A DNA stretch of 63,780 nt, the filler included, from Kipferlia bialata (lineage: Eukaryota), in the NCBI GenBank assembly GCA_003568945.1. It is 7 parts of 7 records of this genome, joined end to end, with 100 filler letters (N's around TTAATTAATTAA, not from the genome) between each part and the next. Parts side by side here need not be neighbours in the genome. Positions count along the whole stretch, not along the records: positions 23,880 to 30,137 come from BDIP01001176.1; positions 30,238 to 42,059 come from BDIP01001177.1; 5 more parts are not named here. One strand, 5' to 3'. The notes beneath the pieces are model-generated. The model saw nothing but the letters and a program-made list of their open reading frames with translations, ran no database searches and was not told the origin of the DNA. The position numbers and the translations under genes are program-made. Of this stretch, positions 25,521 to 39,132 are shown in pieces (positions within the stretch are counted from its first letter, which is position 1; every line of letters starts with the position of its first letter).

Positions 25521-28500
25521 ATACATGTATAATAGTAAATACCTGGCCTCTTAGGGAACATAGCTCCTCTGTCAACAGCTTAGGCAGCATGTCCACCCTC
25601 CTGTCAAAGAGGTACACAGTGGTACCCCTACGCCTGGCCTCGCTAGGGTTATGTACTAATACTAACACATTATGCATATGAGGGTAACAAGAGTAATATA
25701 CAAGTATTCCTGGCCTCGCTAGGTGTTGTATATGTACACTATAGAAAAGTATACACTCATATATTACACGCGAAATAGTCTATACACACCTATCAATCTG
25801 AGTGCCTGCCCTCACAAAGTGGGACACATCTGCAATGTGCACACCAATCTCACAGAGACCTAGGGGTTAGTAAGAATTACATATATAGCATACCAACCTG
25901 TCCTCAGTATCAGTATCGCACATGTATTACTATATGCTATATTCTATACATATACACTAACCTGTCCTCCTCCCGTTCTTGTCCAGTAGGTACTTGAAGT
26001 GGAGAGCATCATCGATATCCTTGCAGCCTGACATTAAGGGTGCAGAGAGAGAGAGAGAGAGAAAGAGAGGAAGTGCGTGGACGCTTCAACCTAGCAACTG
26101 TGTGTTACTAGATAGACTGGGAGATACACCCATACACACACATATATATAAATGTGTACATATATAAACATTTGTATATAGTATATATGAATAATTATGT
26201 ATGTATCCATACCTGGTGGGTCAACTGAGCAGATCTGCTCCTCCCTGAGGTCTCTCCTCCTGATTGTTAGGGGTGTAGGGGGAGAGACACTGGGGAAATA
26301 CATATTTAGAAGCCTTGAATGTGCAATGGGAGGTCTCTCCTTTTGATGTTAGGGGTGTAGGGGGAGAGACATTGGGGGAGAGAAATTGGGGCGGAGGGGG
26401 AAACAAATATGTTTATATATACATTCCATTCTGTGTCTCCACGTAGTCTGGGTTCCATGGCATATATACATACTCTAACACTATATAGACACACACACAT
26501 ACATATATATATATACTATTATTCATACCTCCCATTCTGTGTCTCCACATAGTCTGGGTTCCAGGGCATCTCGGGGAGCTCACTGGCATAAGAACAAGTG
26601 GTATATAGAAATATATATATCCAGGTAACAGTGGTAATATCGGGGGCGGGAGGCTCCCTGAGAATTAGTAGTACAATGGGGTATATACAAATGAATACAT
26701 ATGCTAATCATCATTTAGATAACATTGAAAGGAGCTCACCGGACACAAGGTGGGGAGAGAGAAAGAGAGAGAGAGAGAAGTGCATCTCGGGGTGCTCACT
26801 GACAAATAGTACACGGGGAGAAAGAGAAACAAACATAGGTCGAGAGAGCGAGAAAGAGTGGTAGAGAGGGAGAAAGTGAGTGATTGAATACCTGAGGAGC
26901 AGAGGGTTGGTCAGGCCAAAGTGTCTGATCTGGTGCTCCCTGGGGGTTAGTGTATAGAGTAGTCTTGACTAACACAGTTCAGTGATGATTCAATGAGAGC
27001 AGTATGACACACAAGGAGCACATACTATCTCTCCCTCTCTCTAGATATATGTATGTATATATATCTCTGTCTACATATACATCCATACCTCAGGATAACC
27101 TCTGCCCTCACGTACATACTATCTCTCCCTCTCTCTAGATATATGAGTGTAAATATATCTCTGTCAACATATACTACCATACCTCAGGATAACCTCTGCC
27201 TCCACGTCTCTGTCTCCAATCAGACCCAGGACCTGGGGTCAGAAACATAGTATAGGTATATACATATAAAATATGATATACACTATACATAAATAGGTCT
27301 TGTCTCTGTCCCCAATCAGACCAAGCACCTGGGGGTCAGACACTGTATATATGTATATATGCATATAAAATACGATACATACTACACATTTACATAAATA
27401 TACGTGACCACTTTGGAATATAGAGTATCAGCATACAAACCATATATTATTGCATACCCAATCAGACCAAAGATCTGGGAGTCATTCACTGTAGAGAAAT
27501 TTGATTCAATGGACACCGTGGAGTATATATGATGTCAGAAATATTTGATGAAAGAAACGTATCACGTACGTCTACCACTCTACCCCTTGGGTACTTTGAG
27601 TCTCTCCCAAGATCCATTAGATACCGTACGACCGTATAGGGGTATCTATGTATATACACGTATAAAACGTATGACGTACGTCTACCACTCTACCCCTTGG
27701 GTACTTTGAGTCTCTCTCCCAGGACTCAATGGAGACGACAATCCTCTTGCCAATGTACTCAGTGACAGAGGAGAGAACAAGTCTGAAATAAGGGGATAGA
27801 GGGAGAGAGTGTGTGTGAGAGAGAGAGAGTACACTTTACCTGACTGATGGCAGGTTCTTCTTGACAGCTCTAAAGTGGGCACTCTTCCTAAAGGTGAGAG
27901 GAAATAGGGATACTAGTGTAGTACTCATACATATATGGGAAGAGAGAGAGAGAGAGAGGTCTTGACAGCTCTAAAGTGGGCACTTTTACTGAAGGCGAGA
28001 AATGACTTGCTCCCAATTTTAACAACCAATAATACCTTTGGGGGGAAAATACTATGAACACAAAACATGTGAAGAGAACACACTTCCGAATGAAATCATT
28101 ATGCCGTACCGAGCTGCTGACACGTCCACCTCTGGGGTGATGTCACCAGTGGCATCATCGGTGCTGAACCTAGGGGTGAGGACTAATACTTACATATATA
28201 TATATATATGGGTATTTTATACATAGTATATATATACTGTATATATAGTGATGTCACCAGTGGCATCATCAGTGCTGATCCTGCGATGAACGTCAGGTTG
28301 ACGATTATTATATATATATATCGAATACTATACTAGATTATATTATATATATATATATATATATACTATAATACATAGAAATGTGCACAGACAGTCAAAT
28401 GGATAGTGTACATAGGTGGTAGGATGGAATATAGATAGGAATATACAATATAATGATTCCACTCACTTGATGGCTACACTGCGATAGTAGACATGTATAG

Positions 28501-30082
28501 ACATGTATAGAGTTTGCATGCTTTGAAATACAAAGTTCGAATTACATATACTCATACACAAATAGTAGTACATATACTCACTTGATAGCCACACTGCCAC
28601 AGAAGTGCCTGGGGGTGCGCTCCAGGATGGACACGACCTGACAGGTTAATGAGTGTAGAAGAAGGAATATATATATAGATATATATTTACGTAGAAGAAG
28701 GAAGTAACACAAAAGAAAGATTGAGACCTGGGATGTGAGGGGTGTATACAGTGGAATACAAAAATGGAATCTATATACAGATAGGGCAATATAGATTTGA
28801 ATATATATATGTGTGAAATATGACTTTTTAACACCCGAGCCTCCTGGTCTCTCTCTCTGGCTCCTTCTCTGCACAAACAAGTCTCTACTAGGCCTAGTAT
28901 ACAAATAGTCAAAATGATAATAGTATTGTATACATATGTATTCACCTGTGCCTCCTGGTCTCTCTCTCTCTCTGGCTCCTTGTCTACACCCTTGGCGGCA
29001 GCACTCTCATCGGCATCGCCCTAAGGTAAGAGATACACGTTTATAGAGCATATAGAATAGTAGCCCTGGGGAGAGTCGTACATGAAGATAGATGGAGCAA
29101 GAAAACCATTGATTAGTATCATCATGTATTCATACTTTCCAAACTCCCTCCACTCCCTATATATATCTATATGTACTACATATATGTATGTGTATACCTT
29201 GCCCACTCCCTCAACCCCCCCTAGGCTATCGTCCTCATCCATGGAGGGGGAGGAACCAGTGCCCGGTATCACTCTGGGGGTATGGGTACAGTGTATTATA
29301 CATAGAGTAGCGTAGAGAGAGAGACAGAGAGATAGATAGAGAGAATTCATGGATGTATATACATATAATTGATACATAATTATAAATCTATATATATACA
29401 TATGTACCTGAATGCCACTGTGTCTCCATCGATGGCCCTGTCGTATCTACATAAATGCATATATATATATATATATACATATACGTATATATACATATGT
29501 ACCTGAATGCCACTGTGTCTCCATCGATGGCCCTGTTGGCATTGAACAGGCCCTGATGATTAGATACAATGGGTATATATACATGTAGAGAGAGAGGGGG
29601 GGGGGGAGAGAGAGAGAGAGAGAGAGATGGCCCTGTTGGCATTGAACATGCCCTTGGGGAAAGGTATATACTCTCTCACACGCATATATACATACCTTAA
29701 TGAGGTAGCTCTTGTCCTGGTATGACACACGTGCCGAGTAACAGGAGTACCTGTCAAAGGCGATCTTGCCTGGGGTAAGAGTTAGAGAGAGAGAGAGAGA
29801 GAGAGAGAAGCAGGAGTACCTGTCAAAGGCAATCTTGCCTGGGGTAAGAGACTCTCTGGGTCTCCCTTTCTACATCTCTCACTCTCTCTACTGACATACA
29901 TACTATACACACCTCTCATCAGCTCCCCTCTGTTGACCTGTGCCTTGGCCTCCTCCACAGACAGATGGGCAGGGTATGTATCGAACCTAGGGTAAGAGAG
30001 AGAGAGAGACGGAGAGACATTGATACATACTCGTACACAATAACGTACTTCCCCCCTGGCCTCTGTGCTCTGAGCAGGACAA

Positions 30083-30087
<5 letters not shown>
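24020..30087 (-). CDS. DIS3: DIS3/Rrp44 RNase II (RNB) family exosome exoribonuclease, internal fragment (CSD1-CSD2-RNB)
   Basis: Exons give HLSVEEAKAQVNRGELMRG, GLFNANRAIDGDTVAF, VVSILERTPRHFCGSV, KRIVVSIESWERDSKYPRGRVVD|VLGLIGDRDVEAEVILR, RRDLREEQICSVDPP|GCKDIDDALH (catalytic motif), EIGVHIADVSHFV, EARRRGTTVYLFDRRVDMLPKLLTEELCSL, VERYAFS, YQEAQDIID. Confidence 0.92.
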
Positions 30088-30137
<50 letters not shown>

Positions 30138-30237
30138 NNNNNNNNNNNNNNNNNNNNNNNNNNNNNNNNNNNNNNNNNNNNTTAATTAATTAANNNNNNN
30201 NNNNNNNNNNNNNNNNNNNNNNNNNNNNNNNNNNNNN
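30138..30237. other. Artificial contig linker
   Basis: N run + TTAATTAATTAA + N run. Confidence 0.97.
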
Positions 30238-30284
<47 letters not shown>

Positions 30285-30429
30285 GAGAGAGAAAGAGGCA
30301 GCAAGGAGCATCACTGGAGGGTGAGGGGGAGAGGGGGAGAGATAACTGGGGATGAAAAATCAATAATAGTAACAATTCCAGTGGAGAGGGAGAGAGGGAG
30401 AGGTATCATAGTACAGTAGCAACACGTAC

Positions 30430-31264
30430 GTGGCTTCCAGACCCATCCTCTCCCTGTCAGCTGGATGTTCAATATGACACCAGCGATGGTACCGGCAAAG
30501 GCTGAGCCAGAGGCATAGGCTAGGGCGTTTCCTTGTGTGAGAATATGTATACCTACATATATATATAGGGAGAGAGAGAGAGAGGGCAGAGCCAGAGGCA
30601 TAGGCTAGGGCGTTGCCTATGGTGAGAGTAAGAGAGAGAGAGAGAGAGGGTAGAGGCTAGGGCGTTGCCTAGAGGAAGAGAGAGAGTGTGTGTGTGAGAG
30701 AGATATATATATATAATAGCTGATGACGATTAATTGATTACATGATGTAGCCATATGAGAATGTAAATACATACCTCTCTCCCTCATGGGTGTGATGTCA
30801 GCCACGATGGTGTTGCCAAGGGGACCATACTGAAGGTTAAGAGACATAGAGAGAGAGATAGATTGAGGACCGAAAATATGGGTGTTGAGAGAGAGTGTGA
30901 GAGAGAGAGAGAGAACGTACGATGGCACCGAGTCCTGACAGTGCTCTGAAGAAGAAGATTCCGGCATAGCTCTCAGAGAAGGCGAAACCTGGAGGGTGAG
31001 ATATAGGTAAAGTGAGCAAGAGAGAGAGAGAGAGAAATATAAGTAGAATGTACCAATGAAGGATATGTATCAGCAGAAAACACGTATATACACTCTGCCA
31101 TATTGATGTATACCTATATATATATATGTGTGTGTGTGTGTACCTATGAAGGAGATCATGTAGTTGAGGCTGATCAGCACAAAGGAGGGCTTGCGTCCAA
31201 TGCGCTCAGACACCCTGTGCCACAGAGGGGAGGCGACAAGCTGTCTAAGGGTTAGATAGAAGAT

Positions 31265-31295
<31 letters not shown>

Positions 31296-31721
31296 GAGAC
31301 ACCCTGTGCCAGAGGGGGGATGCGACAAGCTGGCTGGGGATTAGCATATTAGTATATAGATGAGTATATATACATATATATATATATATAGTGAGGGAGA
31401 GAGAAATAGAGAGACACCCTGTGCCACAGGGGGGATGCGACAAGCTGACTGAGAGTGAGACTATATCAATATATATATATAATCAATATATATATATATA
31501 TATTGAGAGAGAGAGAGGGAGAGAGAGAGACGTACACGAGGTTGAACACGGCCAGTGCGTTGGTGACAGCAGTGCCTTGGTTTATATACATATATAATAC
31601 ATATATATATGAATGTGTGTGTATATACACGTACACGAGGTTAAACACGGCGAGTGCATTGGTGACAGCAGCAGCGCCCTCGTCACCCTTGTAGTACATG
31701 ATACGGCCTGATATAAGGGGC

Positions 31722-31756
<35 letters not shown>

Positions 31757-32809
31757 GGTGACAGCAGCGGCACCCTCGTCACCCTTGTAGTACATGATGC
31801 GGCCTGAAATAAGGGGCTAGAGAGAGAGAGAGAGAGAGATAGATGGAAACCTATATCCTACATCTAAAGTATTAGGGACATACACCTTTGTAGTACATCA
31901 GAGAGAGAGATAGATAGAGAGAGAGAGAGAATGTACCTATAGTATCAGTACTACATATACATATGTATACATATACATTTATGTCTACACAAATACAAAT
32001 ATATATAGTATATAGTATAAACTGTATACCTGGGATGTTGACAGATGTCAGGATGATGCCGATGAGGCCACAGAAGATGGAGGCAAACACGGCCCTGGGG
32101 ATAAGGGTCTAGAGAGAGAGAGAGAGACTACAGAAGATGGAGGCAAAGACTGCCCTGGAGATAAGGGTCTAGAGAGAGAGAGAGACCATCATAGTATACA
32201 CATACCATGCTCCTGGCGGGAACACATTGGGGTCAGTATCTACATATATATGTATTCATATATAATAATATAGATCTATCTATCTTTCTATCTATCTATC
32301 TTTCTATCTATCTATCCATCTATCTATATATATATATACTATACGTACCATGCCCCTGTCTGGAACACATTGGGGTCGGTCTCAGTATATATGTATTCAT
32401 ATACTATAATATATGTCTTTCTCTCTCTATATACACCTATATACTATCCACATACCATGCTCCTGTCTGGAACACATTGGGGTCGGTCTCAGTATATATG
32501 TATTCATATACTATTATATATGTCTTTCTCTCTCTCTCTCTCTCTATCTATATATATATATATACTATACGTACCATGCTCCTGTCTGGAACACATTGGG
32601 GTCGGTCTCAGTGTCGTCATTGATGTCCTGGGGAGTGAGGGATATATATATAGATAGATAGATAGATAGATAGTGATGTCCTAGGGGTGAGGGGTATGTA
32701 CATACATATATAGATAAGTTATATATATATATATATATATGTGATAGGTATACCTTGCAGCCGAGGGCCCTGTCCTCAAGGTTGTCCACGACATACCTGG
32801 AATGAGGGG

Positions 32810-32848
<39 letters not shown>

Positions 32849-34676
32849 TGAACATAGAATATACTACTAATTGTATTATACAATTATACAATTACACTAA
32901 TATACTACATACAAATATACAGGTACTCGCTTCATCTCCTTGGGGGCAGAGTATATATAATGCATACATTGGTATATATCTATATACATCTATATACATG
33001 GGTATATATCTATGTATGTATATCTATATATACCAACTCACTTCATCTCCTCGGGGGCTGGCTCGGCAGTGTCGACACGGACCTAGGGGTGAGGGAGGGA
33101 TGCAACACAAATAAACATACAGATTAATGCCCATGAATCTATACATACTCTGCATATATACCTCGGGGAGTGTCATGGGGTGCATGTCGAGAAGGGCACT
33201 GTATATATATACATATACGTTATTAATTTATATACTGTATGCTATATATATATATACCTCTGGCAGAGTCATGGGGTGCATGTCGAGAAGGGCACGGATG
33301 GCAGAGGCCAGATAGGTGACAGTGTCCTAGGGGGTGAGAGAGAGAGGCAGACAGAGAGAGAGAGAGTGAGAGAGAGAGAGTGTGTGTGTGTGTGATAGAG
33401 AGAGAATGGATGGCAGAGGCCAGGTAGGTGCCAGTGTCGTAAGATCAGAGGCAGCGCTATATACCCAGAAATAGAAAGAGAGAGAGGGGGGGGGGGATCA
33501 GAGAGAGAGAGAGTGTGTATACCTCGAGTGTGGAGTCAGCACCGGGGGCATCCTCAAGGTCATCGATGTTCTGGGGGTGAGGGGGTACATACATATATAT
33601 ATATATATGTATATAAATATATATATGTATATATATAGAAAGAGGGAGAGAGCATAGGAGAGTTAACGTGGACATTATGAAAGGATACATATGCATATGT
33701 ACCTGGTGGTCCATGAATGACACAAATGTGGCCAGGTCATGGTCAGGGTCACACTGGGGGACATCTGGTATATCAGATATATATAGATATATATATAGAG
33801 AGAGGGAGAGAGAATGTGGCCAAGTCATGGTCAGGGTCACACTGGGGGACATCTGGGGGTGAGGGGTAGAGAGAGAGGATGGGCGGGGAGGAAAGAGAGA
33901 GAGAGAGATGGAGAGGATAGAGTCAGATAGGAGGTCTCATACACAGGAGATGTTATTGAAGAGACGAGTATACGTAGATGTCCATAGTATGTATGTATTC
34001 ATAAAGTATCCATATACTATGAAAGTATCATATGATTGGCTGAGATTTACCATATCTATATATAGATATACCTGAGCTGATGCTTCTGGAGAGAGTATAC
34101 GTAGATGTCCATAGTTATGTATGTATATCCACTACCTTACTAAGAGGACACATGAGGTCAGCATATCTATATGTATTAATATGTGTACCTGCGCTGATGC
34201 TTCTGGCGACCTCGGACAGCACTCCGCTCTGAACAAGAGAGGTACAGTCACTCCCGGCCTCGAGGAAGTCGATCTAGAGAGTGAGAACAGCAATACACCC
34301 GAGTTACATCACACTATCATCACTCAGGGAGACTTCTGTCAATAGTTGTAAAAGGGTCTAGGGCAAAAAGTGATGGGGGTCGGATATAGTGACCGTATAA
34401 GATATGCAGAAGCGACGTACCTGCAGGCCACTCTGGGTGCAGAACCGCTGGAAGAAGGCGATAAGGAAGCGAGAGTCGGCTAGAAAGGCCTGACCCGCCT
34501 TGGAGAGGGTCAGTACATGCCTGGTGTGAGATTGATATGGTGGGGGTCAGATTGGATGAAAAAGTGATGTAAGTTTGAGCATATAGTGCTCTGAAAAAGG
34601 AGAATTGGGGTATATATACGCATACGAGTGTATAATGGACGTACTCTGACAGTGCAACAGTGGGATTGCCAGCCAT
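30430..34676 (-). CDS. Major facilitator superfamily transporter (DHA1/TetA-like N-half) with an about 170-aa soluble N-terminal extension, 3' partial
   Basis: ATG at 34676 (MAGNPTVALSE|HVLTLSKAGQ...). TM region: AVFASIFCGLIGIILTSVNIP...NALAVFNLV|QLVASPLWHRVSERIGRKP (MFS motif A-like)...FFFRALSGLG (motif B)...NTIVADITPMRER|GNALAYASGSAFAGTIAG (motif C-like). Confidence 0.85.
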
Positions 34677-35456
34677 TGCGCTATTAGAAATTCAAAAGAA
34701 ACGATTTGTCCTCACCTGGCTCCTTCCGTCTTGACCGTTTGTTCAGAAACCTGCAACTCAGTGCACCCCCTTTTTCTTTTGCCATTTGGTGCAAATGTGC
34801 ACCCTGCTGACGAATATGTAATGATGTGTCTACAGTAGTCAGTGTCTCTTTGTATACCATTTACATTACCTACAATAGTGACCATACGGCCGTGGTTGCT
34901 GCACAATGGATATTTTCTCTTTGATGTCAGATACGTATAGATTTCGCCGTTCTCACCGCAAAGGAACGTATCACGTACAAACTGCCATTTGGCACCCACA
35001 CTACTCATCTGTCAAGAGGCTTGTGGTGTCCGAATCTTTGACATATATTGGTAGCTCTGGCCCATATGGGCCCACACCAAAAACAGTCGACAATAGAGAT
35101 CTAAATGAAAAGTCATCAGATAGTAGTGCATTCACGCATGTCTCCTAATCTATTGTCTGGATGCATGAGATGTGGGATATATCCTCATGTCATTGACATG
35201 TCTTCCTATCTATTGTCTCCTTATCTATTGTCATTATACATGCACTATACTCTCTCATGTCATTGACATGTCTGTCTCCTCGGGTGCCTCTGGGGTCACC
35301 TCTTTCTTCCAATCTATTGACATTGTATCAGAATATCTAAATTACTAGTCTACAGTACATATGTACTGTAGTCTAAGCCTATGCCATTGACATGTCTCCT
35401 GATCTATTGTCACGATGCATGTGGTATATGTATATATATTAATATACTATACTCTC

Positions 35457-35514
35457 TCATGCCATTGACATGTCTGTCTCCTCGGGTGCCTCGGGGGCAT
35501 CCGGCATCAGGGAC
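35457..35514 (-). CDS. Orphan terminal exon of an unidentified gene (SLMPDAPEAPEETDMSMA*)
   Basis: Acceptor CTAACCCCCCAG upstream, TGA at 35457-35459, several truncated copies downstream. The upstream intron runs into the poly-G tract at 35579-35605. Confidence 0.55.
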
Positions 35515-35540
35515 CTGGGGGGTTAGGATAAATATATATT

Positions 35541-35589
<49 letters not shown>

Positions 35590-35605
35590 GGGGGGGGGGG
35601 GGGGG

Positions 35606-38424
35606 AGAAAAGGGGCTGACTCCCTCCCTCGGTCAGAGAGGGTGAGGAGAGTGAGAGAGAACCTCGAGAAGGCAGAGAAGCTGAGGTGAGTGCACCAATG
35701 ATGGCACTTCTTTTATGTGATGTATTGTAAATCCTCTATGACTCTCTAACCTCCTAGGGAGCGTGGCCAGCAGCGTGTTGTGATCAGGGGGGGAGTGGCA
35801 TCACCTGACACCAGGTAGGGTATCAGTAGAGGAAGAATGATACACACACACTTACACACACACGCACACTCTTTCAGTATTTCACCCCAGACGGGTCATC
35901 ACTGGTGGCACCCCTGTGTCCACACCTCCTGTCAGTCAGGAGGGGATGCCAGACAGCAGCTTTGTGGTACGTGTGTTAGTATAATACCTTTAGTTTATGT
36001 GAATGGTACGAAGTCGGTTCTGATAGTCTTCCTCCCACCCTAGGATGAGTCTGACACATCGGAGAGTGAGGGACAGACACCAGAGAGACCAAGGTATGCA
36101 GGGGGTGTCTCACATACAGTCAAAGCATGTCATATTCCCACTGATACCCCCTAACCCCAGGTCTGTGAGCCGGGGCAAGGGCACCCCTGACCCCATGGCA
36201 CATATATCCCTAGGCAGGAGGAGAGAGAGCAGGAGACAGACCCTGGCAGAGAGGGAGAGAGAGGCAGAGGCCCAGAAGGAGACAGTTGCTGTGGCTGAGA
36301 GGGACATCGAGGTACCTGTCTCTATGTTAGGGCCTGGTCTCAGAAGCAGTGGGCGCAGGAGGGAGAGGGAGCGCAAGCTGCGGTCTGCGTCCTCCAGTCC
36401 CTTCACTGATGTGTACACAGATGAGTATGCAGTGCCCTCCTACCCCTCAGAGAGTGCATCAGGGTCTGTCTCTGTGGGTACACCCAAGGGTAAGGCAGAG
36501 GCAGTGCCCCCCATACCGGCCATGGGGGAGAGAGACAACGTGGTGAGGTCTGTGGTGCCCAGGTCCCCCTTTGGACTCAGGCAGGACGGACTGGCCGTGG
36601 AGAGGATCAGCATAGGGATCACAGAGGAGGGAGAGGGAGAGGGAGAGGTGCTTGAGGAGAGTGACGAGGAGGACGTATACTCAGAGTCTGAGGGGGAGAG
36701 AGAGAAGGAGCAGCTGCGGCAGGGGTCTCTGGCCTACAAGCTGGCCAAGGCCTCTCCAGTGGGGGCACTTCTAGTGTTGTTCTGGGCAATTCTGGCAGTG
36801 TTTGCAGTAGGTACACATGTACTGTTCAGCTCAGAGGCTACCTCCTCTATCGCTATACCCTTCTCTCTCTCATGCCCAGTGGACAAGGCCTCCTTCGTCG
36901 GGTCTGTCCTGTACCTGATAGTGGGGTCCTACATGCTGAGGCCCACCCTCTACCTCGTCTACTATGCAGTGCTGGTGCGTGGTCTGAGTTTCTCTCTGTC
37001 TCACACCTACCTATTATAGATCTACAGTAATAGCCGTTCTACCACCTTCTCCTCATTCACCCAGGTGCTGCTCTGGGTTCTGTCCACCTCTGTCACCTTC
37101 TTTGGGGTGGTGTATGGCGCCATCCTACTCACACCAAACAAGGTGCGGGCGATTATGAGGATGTGTTACTTGTAGTCTGATTGTGCCTGACCCCCAGGGT
37201 GATCTGTACCAGGGGCAGGAGTGGGAGGACGAGGTGGATGCAGAGGGAGAGAGAGAGGGAGATGTTGTGACAGAGGAGGCCGAGGCATACAGACCGTCAT
37301 TCCTCAGAAGACTCATATACCTCAACAAGGAAGAGAGAAGGTGTGTGGTTTGTGAACTGTTGTATCTACCCAGCCATACTGTCAGTTCCATGGTCTCTAT
37401 ATAGTCTCACTGCAGTGCGTGGCTGGAGTGTCTCCGTGAGATTGTGACATGCCCCACTGCCAGACTGGCAGAGTATGTCGATGAGGCAGAGCAGGAGGAG
37501 GAGGTGCAGGTGTGGATGCTAGAATTGCAGAGTGCGTGAATATATTTTAGGATGTGTCCTCCCCTCACCCCAGCCCCATGTCGCAGCAGATGAGTCTCAG
37601 GATGTATATGGGGAGTGGGAGGGTGTCTCTCTGGACACACCCCCGGAGGCAGAGGCAGGGTGGGTCAGATGGGGGGTCAGGTGGGAGACAACGTCTATAT
37701 CTATATGAATCAGGGTATATAGTGCTTCTCCATCTTTCTTTCCCTCTGACCCCAGACTCCTTGCCTTCCTCCTCACGTCTGTCCTTGGGTTCCTGTCTGC
37801 CGTGCTTGGCATCAGCAACAGGGTCTTCATATCAAAGGCCCTGCGCACCGTTGCATCTACCCCAGCTGCCCTGTTGCATGGGGTGACCAGGCTGGTCAGG
37901 TGAGTGCAGTGCATATATGTATATATGTATAATCCCCCTCACCCCAGGTCATCGGGTCCCCAGGGTGCCAAGCCTCATGCAGGGGAGGAGGGTGACCTAG
38001 GCGAGTGTGAGCCCAGTGAGGCATCCAGCCCCCATGAGAGTGTGGAGGACATACCCCTGCTCAAGCTGGCACTTGGGTGAGTGAACGTGCCGCTTTGTGT
38101 ATAGCCCATAATCGTGCTACCCTTCTTCTTACCCCCCAGTGCCCTGTGGGCTGTGTGTGTTAGGGGTGTGGAGGGGGTGTACACCAGACTGATGAAGTCA
38201 CCGGTGGTCAGGGTGATCACAAGGTGTGTATGGTATATATTCTAGAGTGTATCCTACTCTACTACCATGTCTCTCCTTACCCCAGGCTGACTGTGTCTGT
38301 GTCTCTCTTCTCTGCTGTGTATGCCGTGGTCACAGTGCCCAGGGTCAGGGGCTGGATATACATGGCACTCAGGGCGGGATGGACAGGTGGCAAGGTCATA
38401 GGTAGGATGCCCACTCCCATCTAA
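35606..38424 (+). CDS. Hypothetical multi-pass membrane protein with an acidic/Ser-rich N-terminal region, start missing
   Basis: Exon chain ADSLPRSERVRRVRENLEKAEKLR|ERGQQRVV...; long exon about 36161-36974 with TM segments (GALLVLFWAILAVFAVG, VGSVLYLIVGSYML); further hydrophobic exons; last exon LTVSVSLFSAVYAVV...RMPTPI* ends at 38424. Confidence 0.7.
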
Positions 38425-38893
38425 GACCCACTCTCTCCCCCCACATATATAAAGTCACTGATACCCAGGCTATCTGACTATTGGCTGGTGTGTCTTCTGC
38501 ATAGTCAGGTGGCACATCCAGCAGTGGGTGGGGGCAGACACAGACGCAGACAAACAGGAGTAGGGGTGCATGGCCAGTGTAGGCTAATTCTCATCACCGT
38601 CGGTCTTATGCCGAGTCTTTATAGCAATAGATATAGAGGATGGTTTCAGTATAGTTACGGAATTGTCTTGTGGTGTTAACCGGTGAGCCGATTGGTCACA
38701 GTCTGTCTTCTCAGTTGCATTGAGAGTGGGGCCACCTCCAATCTGGGGAAGGCCAAAGAATCAGAATGATTCGGTCTTGAACGTTTGAAACGGTACATCT
38801 CATAGCAACCTTGCCAGGATGTTCCCTCTCTGTTTTCCGTCTGCCCTCATATACACATATATACCTAGGCACTGAGCTGCAGTGTGTCCAACC

Positions 38894-39084
38894 ATGCAAC
38901 TGAGCCGGGACGCGGAGTGCTATCAGGACCAGCTGGCCACATGTGAGTCTGCATATATGCATATATGTCAATATCCAATGTCTCTCTCCTCACCCTCTAT
39001 AATCTCTTTCCCGTACTACCAGTACTCCTAGTGACCCCTTTATACATGAGAGAGTATCTTATCTACCTGACCTGTAGATCATAG

Positions 39085-39132
<48 letters not shown>

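Noticed and set aside
11945..34100. Numerous ORF-track entries rich in SLSLSL, YIYIYI or RERERE
   Set aside because: Translations of (CT)n/(AT)n/(AG)n intronic microsatellites; the real coding sequence is in short spliced exons.
34712..35148. 98-aa and 80-aa ORFs upstream of the MFS gene
   Set aside because: No recognisable motifs or splice-linked exon chain; treated as intergenic.
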